This document shows, piece by piece, positions 51,406-63,662 of a stretch of 64,000 nucleotides of DNA (position 1 is the first letter of the stretch; each line of letters starts with the position of its first letter). The notes below the pieces were generated by a model that had not been told where the DNA came from, did no database searches, and saw only the letters and a program-made list of their open reading frames with translations. Source of the DNA: Camelus dromedarius (taxonomy: Eukaryota). A program made the translations under genes and the position numbers. The stretch is from positions 70,434,001-70,498,000 of the forward strand of contig NC_087436.1 in the NCBI RefSeq assembly GCF_036321535.1. The letters run 5' to 3'.

Positions 51406-54400
51406 AGAGTGTGCTCGACTTCTGGTTCCTCTGGAGCAGGAAAGGAATTTGGAAAGGGAGATGGATGAGAGCTGGGAGGAGCGCCTGGGAGAATAGGAAG
51501 CGGGAAGAACTAAACGGAGAAGAATAACAGGTGTTGGGAGAACTGAAGAGAAGGTGAGCGAGAAAGAAGACACAAGCCTGGCTGGCTGCATTGTTTGCAT
51601 GACCCCAGGTGCTCAATGGGAGGACAGATGTCACAGCCAGAACATTTTCTTATTCTGGGGCAGTTTATGGAACTAAGGGTTGTGTATTTAAACCTGTCTT
51701 TCTGTGATTATAAGACAGAGACATTTTCAGAGAACTCCTGAGCCCTTTTTGTCTTCTAGGTGATTGCTAACCCGAAGGATTAATCCTTTTTTTTTTCCCT
51801 TGTCTGTGTTTTGCAGACAGTGGAAAATGGGGGCCAGGGAGGTGGAGTCTGGTACCAAGGTAATGGGAAAATGGGAAAGGAAACCTTTTATAACCAACCA
51901 GGAGAACCAAAAGTCCCAGCCTCTACAGTGTTAACTATTTGGCTCTAGTTGGCTCATTGATAAATGAAGAGGTTGAGCCAGGTGATGTTAAGGGTCATTC
52001 CAACTCTGAAGGTACGATTAGGTGCTGCTGTGAAGTGACTGACATGCTTCTCTTTTCTGGATGCGTGTGGAAAACTAGAGTCCTGAGGTTCTGGGATTGG
52101 GTTTAACTAGGCTAATTTAAATCTCCTGTGGCACTTTCTCTAGTTCTTCGTCATTGTTTTGGCCCCACAGCATTATCCACGTCTCATTTCCCTCTATACA
52201 AGTGTGTGAGAGGAGGGAATGATGCGAGCTAGTGTTCAGACGTTTGATACCTGATCAGCCGTGAGTGCACGAACTATATGGCGGATTATCTGTCTATAGC
52301 GACTAAAGACTCCTCTTCCTATTGCCGGCCAGGACTTAGGCCAGTGCTGAAAGGGAAGGCAGAATAGAGTCGGAGACGAACAATGTGGTTAGAATGAGAG
52401 TGTGAATGTGTGCATTTATGTGCCTCTCTAAGCGGCCTCTCCGGCTGCAACTGCAAATCCGGTTGTCAATGACCGTTGGATTAGCCATTGTTTTCTCCCT
52501 TCCAACCCTACTTCCCATTCCGTTGTGCAAATGGTGACCACAGGAGAGTTAATGGGAACTGTCAGTTCTCTGTGGCTCACAGGTGGATTTTGTCTGACTG
52601 CATGTGTACTGCACGGTAAAATTCTCCAGCTCTTTTGGGGTTCTAGAGTGTCAGGATGAGTGGAGGGAGGGGTCACCTCTTCCTGCTGGGTGGCTCCTCT
52701 TTGCTCTTAGCACTGCCCTGCCTGGCACTAGCCTCCCCAGACCTTTTGGCTCCACTCTGCCCCATGCAGTCAAGTTACTGAGCTTATGGAAGGTGTTGCC
52801 TCTGCTGCACAGTTAGACTCTACATACTGACTAAAACAGCTGAGCCAAGGACCAGTTAGACTCGGTCTAAAGTTGGCTGTTTTGTCCTGCTCGGGGTGAG
52901 TGCTCTGGAGTGCCTCTGCTGGAGATCAGAGGGTGTTCACAGTTATTATCAGGGCTTGAGGTAGGTGGGAGGGGGCGAAATAGTGCTTTGCTTTTTTGCC
53001 TCTTTGGAAATAGGAGGGAGATATGAGAACACTTATGGGGCACCTTTGTGCAGCAGTCACAGTGGAAGACACTTTGCTGACATTATTGGACTCGGATTGT
53101 CCATAAGAATGATACCTAGCTCTCTCTCTATATATAGACGGTTGTATATAATATATATAAATCTCAATATAAGTGTATAGCTATAGGCATATAGATTATA
53201 TTTTATATCTATAGATATGAATATAAAGGAGGTTCTGCTAGAGCAAAGTTAGAATTACTTTGGAGAAGCAGCTTTTTAGAGATTGTGAAGCATTTCAGGG
53301 GCTGTAGTTTATAAAAGATAAAGTGATTTTTAGTCCTGTTGATTCATTAAGGTAGGTTCCCATAGTGCCTTTAAGTGACTGTTCTAGCTTAGATGTTTTC
53401 AAATAATGGATGATCATTGCATATAATAAAGTTGTATTTCTTAAAAAAATATTCATGACTTCAGACTTGATACAGAGCTGGTCAGTTTTAGCCTCTGTTA
53501 TCAGCTATTAGTGATGGGAACTGTGGTGGAAATGTTACTTCAGTGAGTGGTCTTAGGGTTCTCGCCTTTACCTAAAGACTGTGATTAGAACTGTTTTGCT
53601 AAAAATGAGCACTTACAGGCAGGTGCACAATTTTCCTGAGCTAAAGGGCAAGCATTTAGCCCAGTCACCTTAAGCTCGACTCCCCTTTGAGACCTTTTCC
53701 TGTGCTGTTTGTTCTTGCCTGGAGATTGTTATCATCGTCATCAAATATTAAATATTGAAAGTACTGTGCTCAGTAAACACCAGGTAACAAGCTGAGATTT
53801 CTTATCAGTCTTGCTTGGGGAACCTCAAGTTGCCTTAAGGATTTCTGGGAGGCTTTTAGTGAACAAAATTCCCTGCAGTTCAGTGGGAAGAAAAGTATTT
53901 CCCTGTTTTTCATCACTTTTATTATTTATTCACTTGCATGCCTGCTCCTAAGTGTAACTGGTAGTATTAATATTAAAATAGATTACTAATCAGCATTCAA
54001 AATGGTCTATAAATAAATTACATGTGTAGCATGCAATGATCTATTAATAAACACATGCATTATTTTCTTTTCTATATGAAAAGTTGCCCTTACCCGAAAT
54101 ACAGAAGTAGAATCATTCCTTGTCCTGAGCACTGTATATGTCTTAAGGGTGGACCCTGATGCAAACATCTAACCAAGAGCTGACTTACCCGCTGTATACC
54201 TGCAGAATTACACCATGCCTTTGGAAGTGGGTTTTCTTCTCAAGAACTGGTATTTATGCCCAAGCAAATTAGCAGTGTTGCTTTGATTATATCTTAATAG
54301 AGTTGGTTATGGACACTCTCTCGAGTTTGTGAGTAATATACTAACAAGTTATTTGTATCTCATTTATTTAAGTATTTAGGATTAGACACACTGATCTATT

Positions 54401-54905
54401 ACTTATTACATAAAGTGCCAAACACACAACCTCTTTGGCATCTGGATTTGATACTATGATTCTGTTTAAGGTTTCTTAAGCATGTACTTCTAAAAAAAAG
54501 CCTTTAAGATTTATTTTAGTCCAAGAAGTGAAGTCTTCACAGCATCTTTTAAATAATCTATCACTCATCCAGGGGCTCTGCCTCCTCTTCCACATTCTCC
54601 TTTTTATAATTAAAAGGAAATAGTAAATCTCTCTTAAATTTGCCTCCCTCCCCTGTGTGCTTCCTGGCAATAGCTGGAACATGTTTTGGGCTTCTTGGCC
54701 TAAGGCCAAGTCAAGGAAGGCAGTATTGAACTTATGTTTTGGGACTGTGGCTGGTTAGTTCTGAAAGAATGATATAAAGTGCCAGGTGTTATGGAATCTT
54801 TGCTTTGAATTGGAGAGAACAGAAATTCCGTTGATTATAGAAAGAGCAACACTGTGGATAAAAACCAAATTTGGAACATCCCTTAGTGTTTAATTAGAGA
54901 TGCAT

Positions 54906-55061
54906 GTAGGAGGCTGGGGATGGCTGGGGGATGGCTGTGGGGGAAGGCAGATTTTTGGGCAAAGATTTAGACCTACCTAAAGGATCACTGGAGGACAGGT
55001 AAAATCTTTGCCTAGAAATCTACTTCGCCCACAGCCACCCCCAGTCATCCCCGGCCTCTAC
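54906..55061. repeat. Long imperfect inverted repeat (arms 54906-54974 and 54997-55061)
   Basis: Manual alignment: 58 of 65 right-arm bases are Watson-Crick complementary to the left arm; 22-nt spacer. Confidence 0.92.
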
Positions 55062-55354
55062 GCCCAGTGCTGACATCTCAGCTTTTGAATAATATTTATA
55101 TGCTGCTTTATGCCAAAAATGTTTAACATGAAGGGAAAATAATGGTTGAAAAGTTGAAAGAGTGAGGTTAGTGTTTAAAATGCACGTCACGAAACTCTGT
55201 CTACCCACTACGGGTTGGCCCAAGATTTGTCTCTTCTGTTTCTAGCAGTCAACATGAGGAAGGAAACCTAATCGTAAGGTAGTATAAACATAGTGTATAT
55301 TACTGAAAAAAAAAACCCCTAAAAACAAAGTAATGATGAAACACTCACTGTTCT

Positions 55355-55463
55355 TTTAAAAAAATTATTTCATTTTATTCTTTTAATGGAGGTACTGGGG
55401 ATTGAACCCGGCCCTTGTGCATGCTAAACATGTGCTCTACCACAGAGCTATACCCCTCCCCCC
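55355..55463 (-). mobile_element. Vic-1-like SINE with 17-bp degenerate TSD
   Basis: aatggaggtactggggattgaacccgg..ctctaccacagagctatacccctcccccc; TSD gaaacactca(ctg/gta)ttct (55338-55354, 55464-55480). Confidence 0.9.
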
Positions 55464-55519
55464 GAAACACTCAGTATTCTGGATGTTGAGACCTGAGAGA
55501 TACTCCTCTTGCAGATTTT

Positions 55520-55695
55520 GAGTTAGCTGGTGACAACATCCTTGACTTCCCTGACCCTTGGCTTCTTTGCCTGTATGGTGGGGATAATAGCAGTATTTGA
55601 TTTGTGCCATTGTGAGGGCTGCCTGAGATCATAGATATGGGAGACCAAGCCGGAACCTGGCACGTTTGTAAGAATTCTATAAATGGCTGCTCTCT
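55520..55695 (+). mobile_element. Degenerate MIR
   Basis: ctgtatggtggggataatagcag..ttgtgaggg..cctggcacg..taaatggctgct. Confidence 0.6.
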
Positions 55696-57399
55696 TCTGT
55701 ATGTGTATAAACACAGAGCCCTGTTTCCTAAAGGAGCTCATGATCTATCTTGCATGAAGAGGCATATGTTGTTAACCACTCTGTCTGCTGCAGAAATTTT
55801 AGTTTGGCTGGTTTGATGCGTCTAATTCTACAAGGTCCTGAATCATCCTTGGTAGCGAAGTGGGTATCTGGGGAAGCCTCTTTAACTTGAATGGCTACGT
55901 TTAGTAAGTGTAAGAGTTCTCTGTTGGCCTGAAATTGTGATTAGCAACTATCCATGCCTTGAGTTTGGAAATATCCTGGGAATTGGGAGAACTGGACATG
56001 ATAGCATCGCAGGACCTGTGCTTTCACCGGAAGTGGAGCCCGTGAGGATGGGAAGAAACAGGGATCACCTGGTGATAATTTCTGACATTCAGAGATAACC
56101 AGGAAAGCCATGTTTTCTTCCCAGTAGTATTGGCTGTGGGGTGGATTGTGAGATTCCCAAAACATTTAGAGTTTGTTGGGAACTTGCACCGTCTGTCAGA
56201 GAAAGGCATGCGGGGTATTTATTTGAACACATGATACGGAGGCCACTGCCAAATCAAGGACTGAATGCCCTTTGACTTATACATAAATGAACACTGTCAA
56301 ATGTAGATTCCAGTAGTTTTATTTTACAAAATTTTGAGTAGCAAGAATGCAGCCTTTATTTTAGTAACATTTTGAAAACAGTTGCCATTTCCTTATGAAT
56401 TATAGCTATTAAATTTGTTTTGCTTTTTCTTCTTTAATATTATCTTTGGAAGCAGTTTTTACTGACATTTCTAACAGAGTTTTTTTTTTTTTTTTTTTTT
56501 AATCCTAAAATTCCCTTATAAGTTAAGCTGGCAACTGTCCCTGATTCTCTGAGTGTCTTACTGTTTTGTAGACTCTTGCTGAATTGGAAAGATTGTCTAT
56601 CAAGTTTCTCCTTTTCATTTTACATGTAAAATAATACTGCGCTCTCAACCTCTATGGCTTTCCCAAGAGCTGGCTGTCATTGTGGGAGTTGTAGTTTTTA
56701 AAATAGCCATTAATCTTCATGACTTATCTCTGAGACAGGTAAAGATATTTTAATGAATATAAATACTGCACTCCACCCATGATATTCTTATCAACAATAG
56801 CATATATATATATATATATATATTTCTTATCAGTAATGTGACTTCTGTTGATTCTAAAGACAGGTATTCTGTGGGCTGTAAGAGTGCTTCCATTCCAGCT
56901 CATTTACTTTTGGTATTTTTGGTGAGTAGCATATACAGCTTATGAACTCCTTGGTCATCATTTTGAGAAAGCAGACCTTTCCATCACTTACCAAAGTGAG
57001 GCTGTCTTCCTCTCCTCTGTGGGCAAAGCTACTGAAATGAAAAGAGGTTGAGAAATCATCGATGAAACACAAGCACTATCCCTGAGGTCCTTAAGGTCCA
57101 AAAGGTTTGTTTACCTTTGGGACCATGTTCCTCTTCCTTTATCTGGACATGGGCAGAAAAGGAAAATGTAGTTAGCAGTAGTGTACGAGAGGAAGAGGAG
57201 GATGCTTTGCATTTTGAATGGCTCAGCTCAGTGCCCTGGTTTCCTCTGGCAGCTCTTGGAAGGGTAGATCTTCCTCATTCGAGGCATGTTCTATTTGACT
57301 GTGCGCTGTGAGGATCCTCCCAAAAGTTCACAGCTGTGTGGGTACCAGAGAATTGTAACTTCCCAGAGGCCATCACTGAGAGTATAAAAAAATGCCTGA

Positions 57400-57597
57400 G
57401 TGGTTTTCAGGGGTACAGAGAGGGACTGCAGATGGGCATGAGGGATCTTTTTGGATTGGTAGACATGTTTTGAAGTTGAAGTTGGATTATGTTGATGGTT
57501 GCACAACTCTGAAACTATAGTAGAAATTACTGAATATGTACCCTTAAAATGAGTGAATTTTATGGCATGTGATGAATTATACATTGATAAAGCTGAT
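57400..57597 (+). mobile_element. Old L1 3' terminus
   Basis: gactgcagatgggcatgagggatcttttt..gatggttgcacaactctg..gtgaattttatggcatgt..ataaagctg; candidate TSD aaaaaatg(c/t)ctga (57387-57399, 57598-57610). Confidence 0.82.
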
Positions 57598-58502
57598 AAA
57601 AAATGTCTGAAACTGGGGACGTCTGAGAAGGAACCACATTTGCACTTGGTACCTGGGCCCTGTAGTGCAGCATCGTGTCTGGAAGCTTCCCCACCTGTGG
57701 GAAAGTGAGCGGGCCTGGGGTGGGGTGGGGCGCCTGAGGGAGGAGCTGGCAGAGATGGGCATGAGCTGAATCTTATTCCTAAGGCAGAGAGGAAGCCTGT
57801 GATCACGATGGGAGTAAAGTGGCCCCGTTTCTGTGGTGATGACAACTCCAGTTAGGTTCCAGAAGGTAAAGGACATTCCTCTCCATGGGCTCGGGAATGT
57901 CACTCCCCAAATCGGCCTAACTCTTTTGTCAGGTTGACCACAACAGCACTTCATAGCCAGCAATCTTACCTTAAAATCTTACCAGCCCCTATAAACTGTC
58001 TTCTAAAGGAATTATCAAATATGCAGTGCAGATTTGGGTAAATACATTAAAAAAAATTTTCTGTATGACATCAATATGACTCATGTAGCTTAACTGCCAT
58101 TTTGGGGGCTTAGGCATCATTATTTCATAAGGAAGTATTTAACGTGACAGGTTAAAACATTTTTTTTTCAGCCTCTTAATTTTTTTCATGATGTTTTCCC
58201 ATTTCCTGAACGAAGGCAACCAAGCTTTCAGTGTTTGATTTAGTAAAGAAATTGGTTGGGCTTTGCTTACGTATGTTGTGTGACTTGAGATAAAGCTGCA
58301 GGACTCCCTCAGTAACTGGAGTGCAGGAAACAATTGACACTGTTTCTTAATTCACATTGTTTCTGAGACGTTTCCTACTTCCCAGTATAATATCGCTTTC
58401 CCATGAGAACAGTTTGCTTGCAAATGGTTAGACATGATAAATTTCTCATTGGCACACATCCTGTGAGGAGAATGTCACTGTGCTTTGTAGTAGTCGAGTT
58501 GG

Positions 58503-58545
58503 CGTGTGTGTGTGTGTATGTGTGTGTTTGTATGTGTGTCTGTGT
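58503..58545. repeat. Degenerate (GT)n microsatellite
   Basis: Directly visible. Confidence 0.85.
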
Positions 58546-59579
58546 TGGAGGGTGGCAGTGGGGGGGCTTCTTTTTTCACTTGGATGCCTCCAACTTCATT
58601 CCAAGGATCAGATATTTTCTTTTAAATGCTCACCCATTCATGTACCATTCTGCATTCCTTGGTTGGAACCTCTTTCTTGACTAGAGAAGGTCCTTTAATA
58701 TTTTGGAACCTCTTTCTTAATAGTACTGTTTTAATCCTTCCAGTTTAAGGGAACACCCCTGTGAATTATGGTGTTTTTAGATATACCCAAGGAGTTACTG
58801 TGGAAAGGAAGCCACAGCATTTATATCAGACACACTGCAGGGATGTGTGTTGCATGTGGGTGTGTGGTATTGTCTGTGGCACTTAACGTGGTCATCAAGG
58901 AATAATAATTCCAGAATGTAAAAGGAAATCCATAGATTATCTCATCTTTCTTGCAATTTCCATTGGCAATTTCCCATTTGCAATTCAAAACCAAAAAAAC
59001 AAAAAAGATGCTTTTACATTACTTCAGAAATGGTGGTTCCCACATTCAGAAGTTAGGCTGGATATAAAGTGAAAGTAAAAGTTTCCCAATTAAAACAAAT
59101 AAAAAAGATGTAGAACTTTGAGTTCCTTTTTTTCCCTGTCTTATCAGATTTTGTAAAAATAATACCACTTGTCAGTTTTGCAGCTCCTTCCATCTAGAGA
59201 ACTGAAAGCATTTCACAATCTTTTTTCCTCATGCCCTTCTCTTCAAGGCAGTCTTTACTGGGCTGGGTTTATTTTTATCATTTCAACAACCAGTTTTTAG
59301 AAACTTTTGCAAACGAAAAAAGAAAAATGAGAATGGCACTGTAGCTGACATTCATTTTAGCTCTTTCCTAGTGTGAACATTTGAGTATTTCTAAAATGTT
59401 CTCTCCAAGTATGTCTTATTTTTTCTTAGTTTGTCCCAGTTCTAAGTCTCTATTCTGCTGATTGGGTAGAAAAAGTTTTCGTGAAAAACCTTATCCCCAG
59501 CCAAATGACTTCTTGAACTTCAGTTAGATCTTTTTTCTCCCTCAGCTCCAAGAGTTCCTTTTTCAATACTCTATTCAGT

Positions 59580-59770
59580 ATAATCACAGACTCAAGGAAG
59601 GTTAGCAGTGGAACAGCCTCTAGGGATTACCCAATTTAAGCCTCTCATTACATACATGGTGAGACTGAGGTCCCGAATAGTTAAGGAGCATGCTCAAGGT
59701 CAAATAGCTCATTGATGGCAGTGGTATGACCAGAAAGGATTCCTGATTTCCAGTTTGATATTCTTTGGCT
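59580..59770 (-). mobile_element. MIR3-like SINE
   Basis: cctctcattacatacatggtgagactgaggtccc..gttaagg..tgctcaaggtca..ttcctgatttccagt. Confidence 0.65.
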
Positions 59771-60030
59771 TTCCTAAACCAAAATAGTCTATCTGGATAG
59801 ACCTCGAGCCCACCCTCCCAGAATCCTAGAGCCAGCCAACAGGTTGAGTTACACACCAGCTAACCAAAAATTGGGAAGAGGTTTTATTTTTCCAGTTTGA
59901 GTTCATTTGTCGAATATGGAATGGTCATGTTGAATTCATAGACCTTTTCTTCTGACCGTGGATCTGGTGTGACTTATATGTAGCAAAGATTGTGATTTGA
60001 AATGATGAGTGGTTTGTGTACCTTCCTTAG

Positions 60031-60210
60031 GCCACCACACCATCTACATCGGGGTCCATGTGCCAAAGAGCTACAGGAGAAGGAGACGTCACAAGAGGAA
60101 GACGGGGCACAGAGAAAAGAAGGAGAAGGAGAGAATCTCAGAGAACTACTCTGACAAGTCGGATGTGGAGAACGCAGATGAGTCCAGCAGCAGCATCCTG
60201 AAGCCTCTCA
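60031..60210 (+). CDS. SLC4A4: SLC4A4 second coding exon of NBCe1-B/C (180 nt, residues 25-85)
   Basis: Acceptor ccttccttag| at 60030; donor TCA|gtgagt at 60211; phase 1 matches the previous exon. Translates (G)[59 protein letters not shown](I). Confidence 0.97.
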
Positions 60211-62904
60211 GTGAGTACTCCCTGGGTGTCAGCGCTTCTCTCAGCCTCCCCCCACCACAGCTGAGATCTTCTAAAGGTCTCGTGGTTAAAGGAAAAGGAT
60301 GCAGCAATACTGGGATTGTTGCCTTTAAACTTTATCTCTGGAGATGCTTCTCTTGCCCCAGCAGATTGGTCTAGGAAGAGATCTAGTAAAATTCTGAGTT
60401 TAGGCATGGTCCTGTGTTGTCCATTTTGACCAGTAAAGTGGTATTTAGCTACAGTTATCAACAGTAACTGGAAGGCTGCAAGAAATTTTTCGATTATTTC
60501 TGCTTGGAAATAGGTTCTATTAAGACAGTAGTAAGACACTAGTAGTAAGACAGCCAAGATAAGAATGTTTTATATACATATATGTGTATATATGCATATA
60601 TACGACATTTAGAGGATTACAGGTGACATTTAATCGAGTTGATTTAAAAAGGAATAGTGGGAAAGCATCCTGAAAGTCAGAGAAGGGCATAGAGTGACCC
60701 AGCTTGTGAGATGTCGAACCTGTTAGCGGTCGTGCTTCGGGTAGAGGCGTTATTAGGAACAGGATAGCAGGAGGTCAGAGCACATCTTTGGCTTCAAGCG
60801 ACAGGGTGAACTGTGTGTTTAGGTGTATGTGTCTGTTGCTTTGGCTTCTTTTGATGTGGAGAATCTTTGGCTGTCTGGGTAGCTCTGTGGCTGGAGTGAG
60901 AATCAATGTATGCGGGAGAAGAGAGAAGCCGCAGAAACATGCCAATTTGGGAAGATTCTCCAACAGGAGTTACATAGTGACAGCTTTTCCCGCTGCCAGG
61001 GCTCTGCACTCTCCTCCTCTCTTTGCTACAGTTGCAGAAATATGGAACCTGCAATAAGATACATTATGGGCCCTGGAGATAAAGGTCCAGCTCAGTCCTT
61101 GCAGGTGGTGAGAGGCCAAGTTAGAATTAACAGCTCAGGAGTGTGGAAGGGCTAATGTACAGGGTTAAATTAAAAAGGGTGTGAAGGATACTGATGTGAA
61201 TCTGTGAATGTTTTTGTAGTCTCACGACTGGAACTGAGCAGGTGGCTTAGAAGCTGGAGAGGTACTTATGCTGAGAGGAGCAATCAATGACCACCAAATT
61301 AAAGATGAAAGTTTCGAGGAGAGTTTGGAACTGGACCACTAAATTAAAACATACAAGTGTTTTGGAATAAATGTAAGATGTAGATAGGACCAGAGGGCAG
61401 GGGGCAAGAGTTATGTGCTTTTCACTGGAATACTGGAGGGGAAAGCCTTCTGAAAGTAATTGTTCGTATATTGACTAAAAAAAAAATGAGGTCTGAGTTT
61501 TAAGCAAAGTCCTTGAAATGCAGACAAAAAAGGTCACAGTTAATGGTCTGGAGGAACAAAAGATAACATCCCTTTCCAAATAAATTACTACTGTTTATCT
61601 TGCTTTGCTATCTGTTTTGGCAAGGCCTGAACCAGCATCAGAGGCGCTGTCCCCAGTGTTGTGTGTGTGATCTGTCTCCCTCTCTCTCTTTCTTTCTCTC
61701 TCTCTCATCATCTCTCATTCTGCAATTTAAGAACAAGAGTGCATCATCACTATAAATACTAAAAAGGAAAGAGACACTCACCTACACAAATGGGCCAAGG
61801 GATTTTGAGATGGTGATTATGTAACAGCTTTTTAGGAAGGGCAGTGGAAACAGCGCCAGTGAGACTCAGATAGGTGATGGGGAATGGACAGGTCAGAAAG
61901 GTACGGAGACTGAACGCTGAGTCTGGTACAGGAGTGCCATTGCTTTTTGTGGCACTTGGGGACCAGTTTGAGGACAGCAAGTAGAATAAGCCAAGTAGTT
62001 CATTTTTTTATTCTCAGAGGGCTCCTCTTTGGGAAGTCCTCTAATTTTTTTTTTTCCTTTTACCAGTCCAAATGGTTTATTTTGCCAACTTGACTTGCTC
62101 AAGCTTTAAGATATTCCCAGTGTCTGATACTTTTGTATTTAAGGATGGGTTTGGCTGAAGATCCTGGGTCACCAGATAATCACCTTTGATATTCAGTAAA
62201 CATCTCATATTCCAATTAAAACACATTGTTACTCATTGCATTGAAGCTTGGACCTGCAACTTGACACCTGCAATTGTGAGATGCTAAGAAAATTAAATTT
62301 CGAATGCCCACGTTAAACTTGGTTTCTGAATTAATCCTATGGAGACACCACTGTTAAGGACAATGATCATGAAGAAATTACTTATAAACCTGTATTTTAT
62401 GGTTAGTTATTTTCTGGCAAGTCAGTAAGTTATGCTGTCATATGCCTTTGACATATTTGACATGAGGTATCCAATTTGACATGAAGATCCTCTTAGAAAT
62501 TACCATATTTTTTCCCCTGCATATCAGGGAGACTAGACAGATTGGTACCTGTCTATCTGGTGCGGTGCTACTTAAAACTGTTGCCCTCAGTTATATAGAA
62601 GGGCATTTAACCCTGTGATTTTGGGGAAGCGATCAGGCTCTGGCACCAATATGAAGATGAAATCCTTATGGGAAAATTCACTGAGATGTCTGCCTCATAT
62701 GCCATTGCTGTCTCTCGGGAGCAACCCCACACAGTTTCTGTTGTTCCGGGATCTAGGGTTTTTGAGTGACTTAGGTCTACATATCTACCACGTCCCATTG
62801 ACCAGATTCTTGCATGGGCCTGGCATTCTATCAGGTGATGCTTAGAACTTCTGAAAAAAATCACACAGGTAAACAGAGTAACTTGATGAAAATCATCACT
62901 GATT

Positions 62905-63662
62905 TCTTCCTTGATGTCACCCCTGCCTCCCATCTGCACTCTATCAATGACTTCTGTTGGGCCTACTTCTAAAATATGTCTGACTCTTGTCTACTTTTTT
63001 GGTTTGGCTGCCACATTCTGGTCCAGGGAATCCTCATCTCTTGCTTAACATAACTGCAACAGCTTCCATTTTTCAAGTGTTTTCCCGCACAGAGGCCACA
63101 GTGGTCATCAGGAAGAGTGAGATGCGTCACGCCGTTCGTTCAGAACGTTCCTGATCTTTCTGTTGTCCTTAGAATAAAATCTCCGTCGGACATCAGGCCC
63201 ACTGTGTCTCACCCACCCTGCTTTGTGTTACTTGCTCCTTGCTCACTTTAATTCAGCCACACTGATTTTTCAGTGGCGCCCAACCCTTTTCTGCCTCAGG
63301 ACCTTTGCTCATGCAGTCCTGTCCTTTTGGAACCGTTGCTCATTCTTGTCCTGGTTAGCTGCTCTCTCCCTTTGTACTCCAGCTTTAAAGTTTCATCTCT
63401 TCAGAGAGGCCTCTCCCTACTACTCTAGCTAACGTAGGTTCTCCGGTGTTAGTCTTCCTCAGTTCTTACCTGTTTCCTTCCTAATGCATGTTCCTGTTTG
63501 GGATTTTGTTAGCCTACAGCTCTGTCTTGCACTGATGCTACGCTCCCTGAGAGTCAGAATCAGGCCTGTCTTGTTTACTGTGTTATCTCTGGCACCTCGC
63601 ACAGTGCATGGTACATAGTCTGTGCTTAATAACTGCTTATTGAAGAGCGATTGAGTTGATGG
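62905..63662 (+). mobile_element. L2 LINE 3' part
   Basis: ctacttctaaaatatgtctgact..; ctgcctcaggacctttgctcatgcagtcc; ctcttcagagaggcct; gtcttgtttactgtgttatc..cacagtgcatggtacatag..cttaataa. Confidence 0.85.

Larger units (their letters stand above)
41674..60030 (+). other. SLC4A4: GT-AG intron (18,357 bp) between the two coding exons
   Basis: gtgagc...ccttag with compatible phase and continuous NBCe1-B reading frame across the junction. Confidence 0.93.

Noticed and set aside
58663..58718. Repeat-spacer-repeat as a CRISPR-like unit
   Set aside because: Only two 16-bp repeats in a mammalian intron with no cas genes; better explained as a target-site duplication.
58951..58987. ~14-bp tandem gcaatttcc(c)att; similar small tandem at 60521-60552
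   Set aside because: Too short and too common to interpret.
60009..60374. 121-aa ORF as a standalone gene
   Set aside because: It is the SLC4A4 exon plus intronic read-through; canonical splice sites delimit 60031-60210.
62436..62481. Cluster of four TGACA/TGTCA (MEIS/TGIF-like) sites
   Set aside because: Explained by short tttgacat duplications; a 5-mer is too weak without conservation data.
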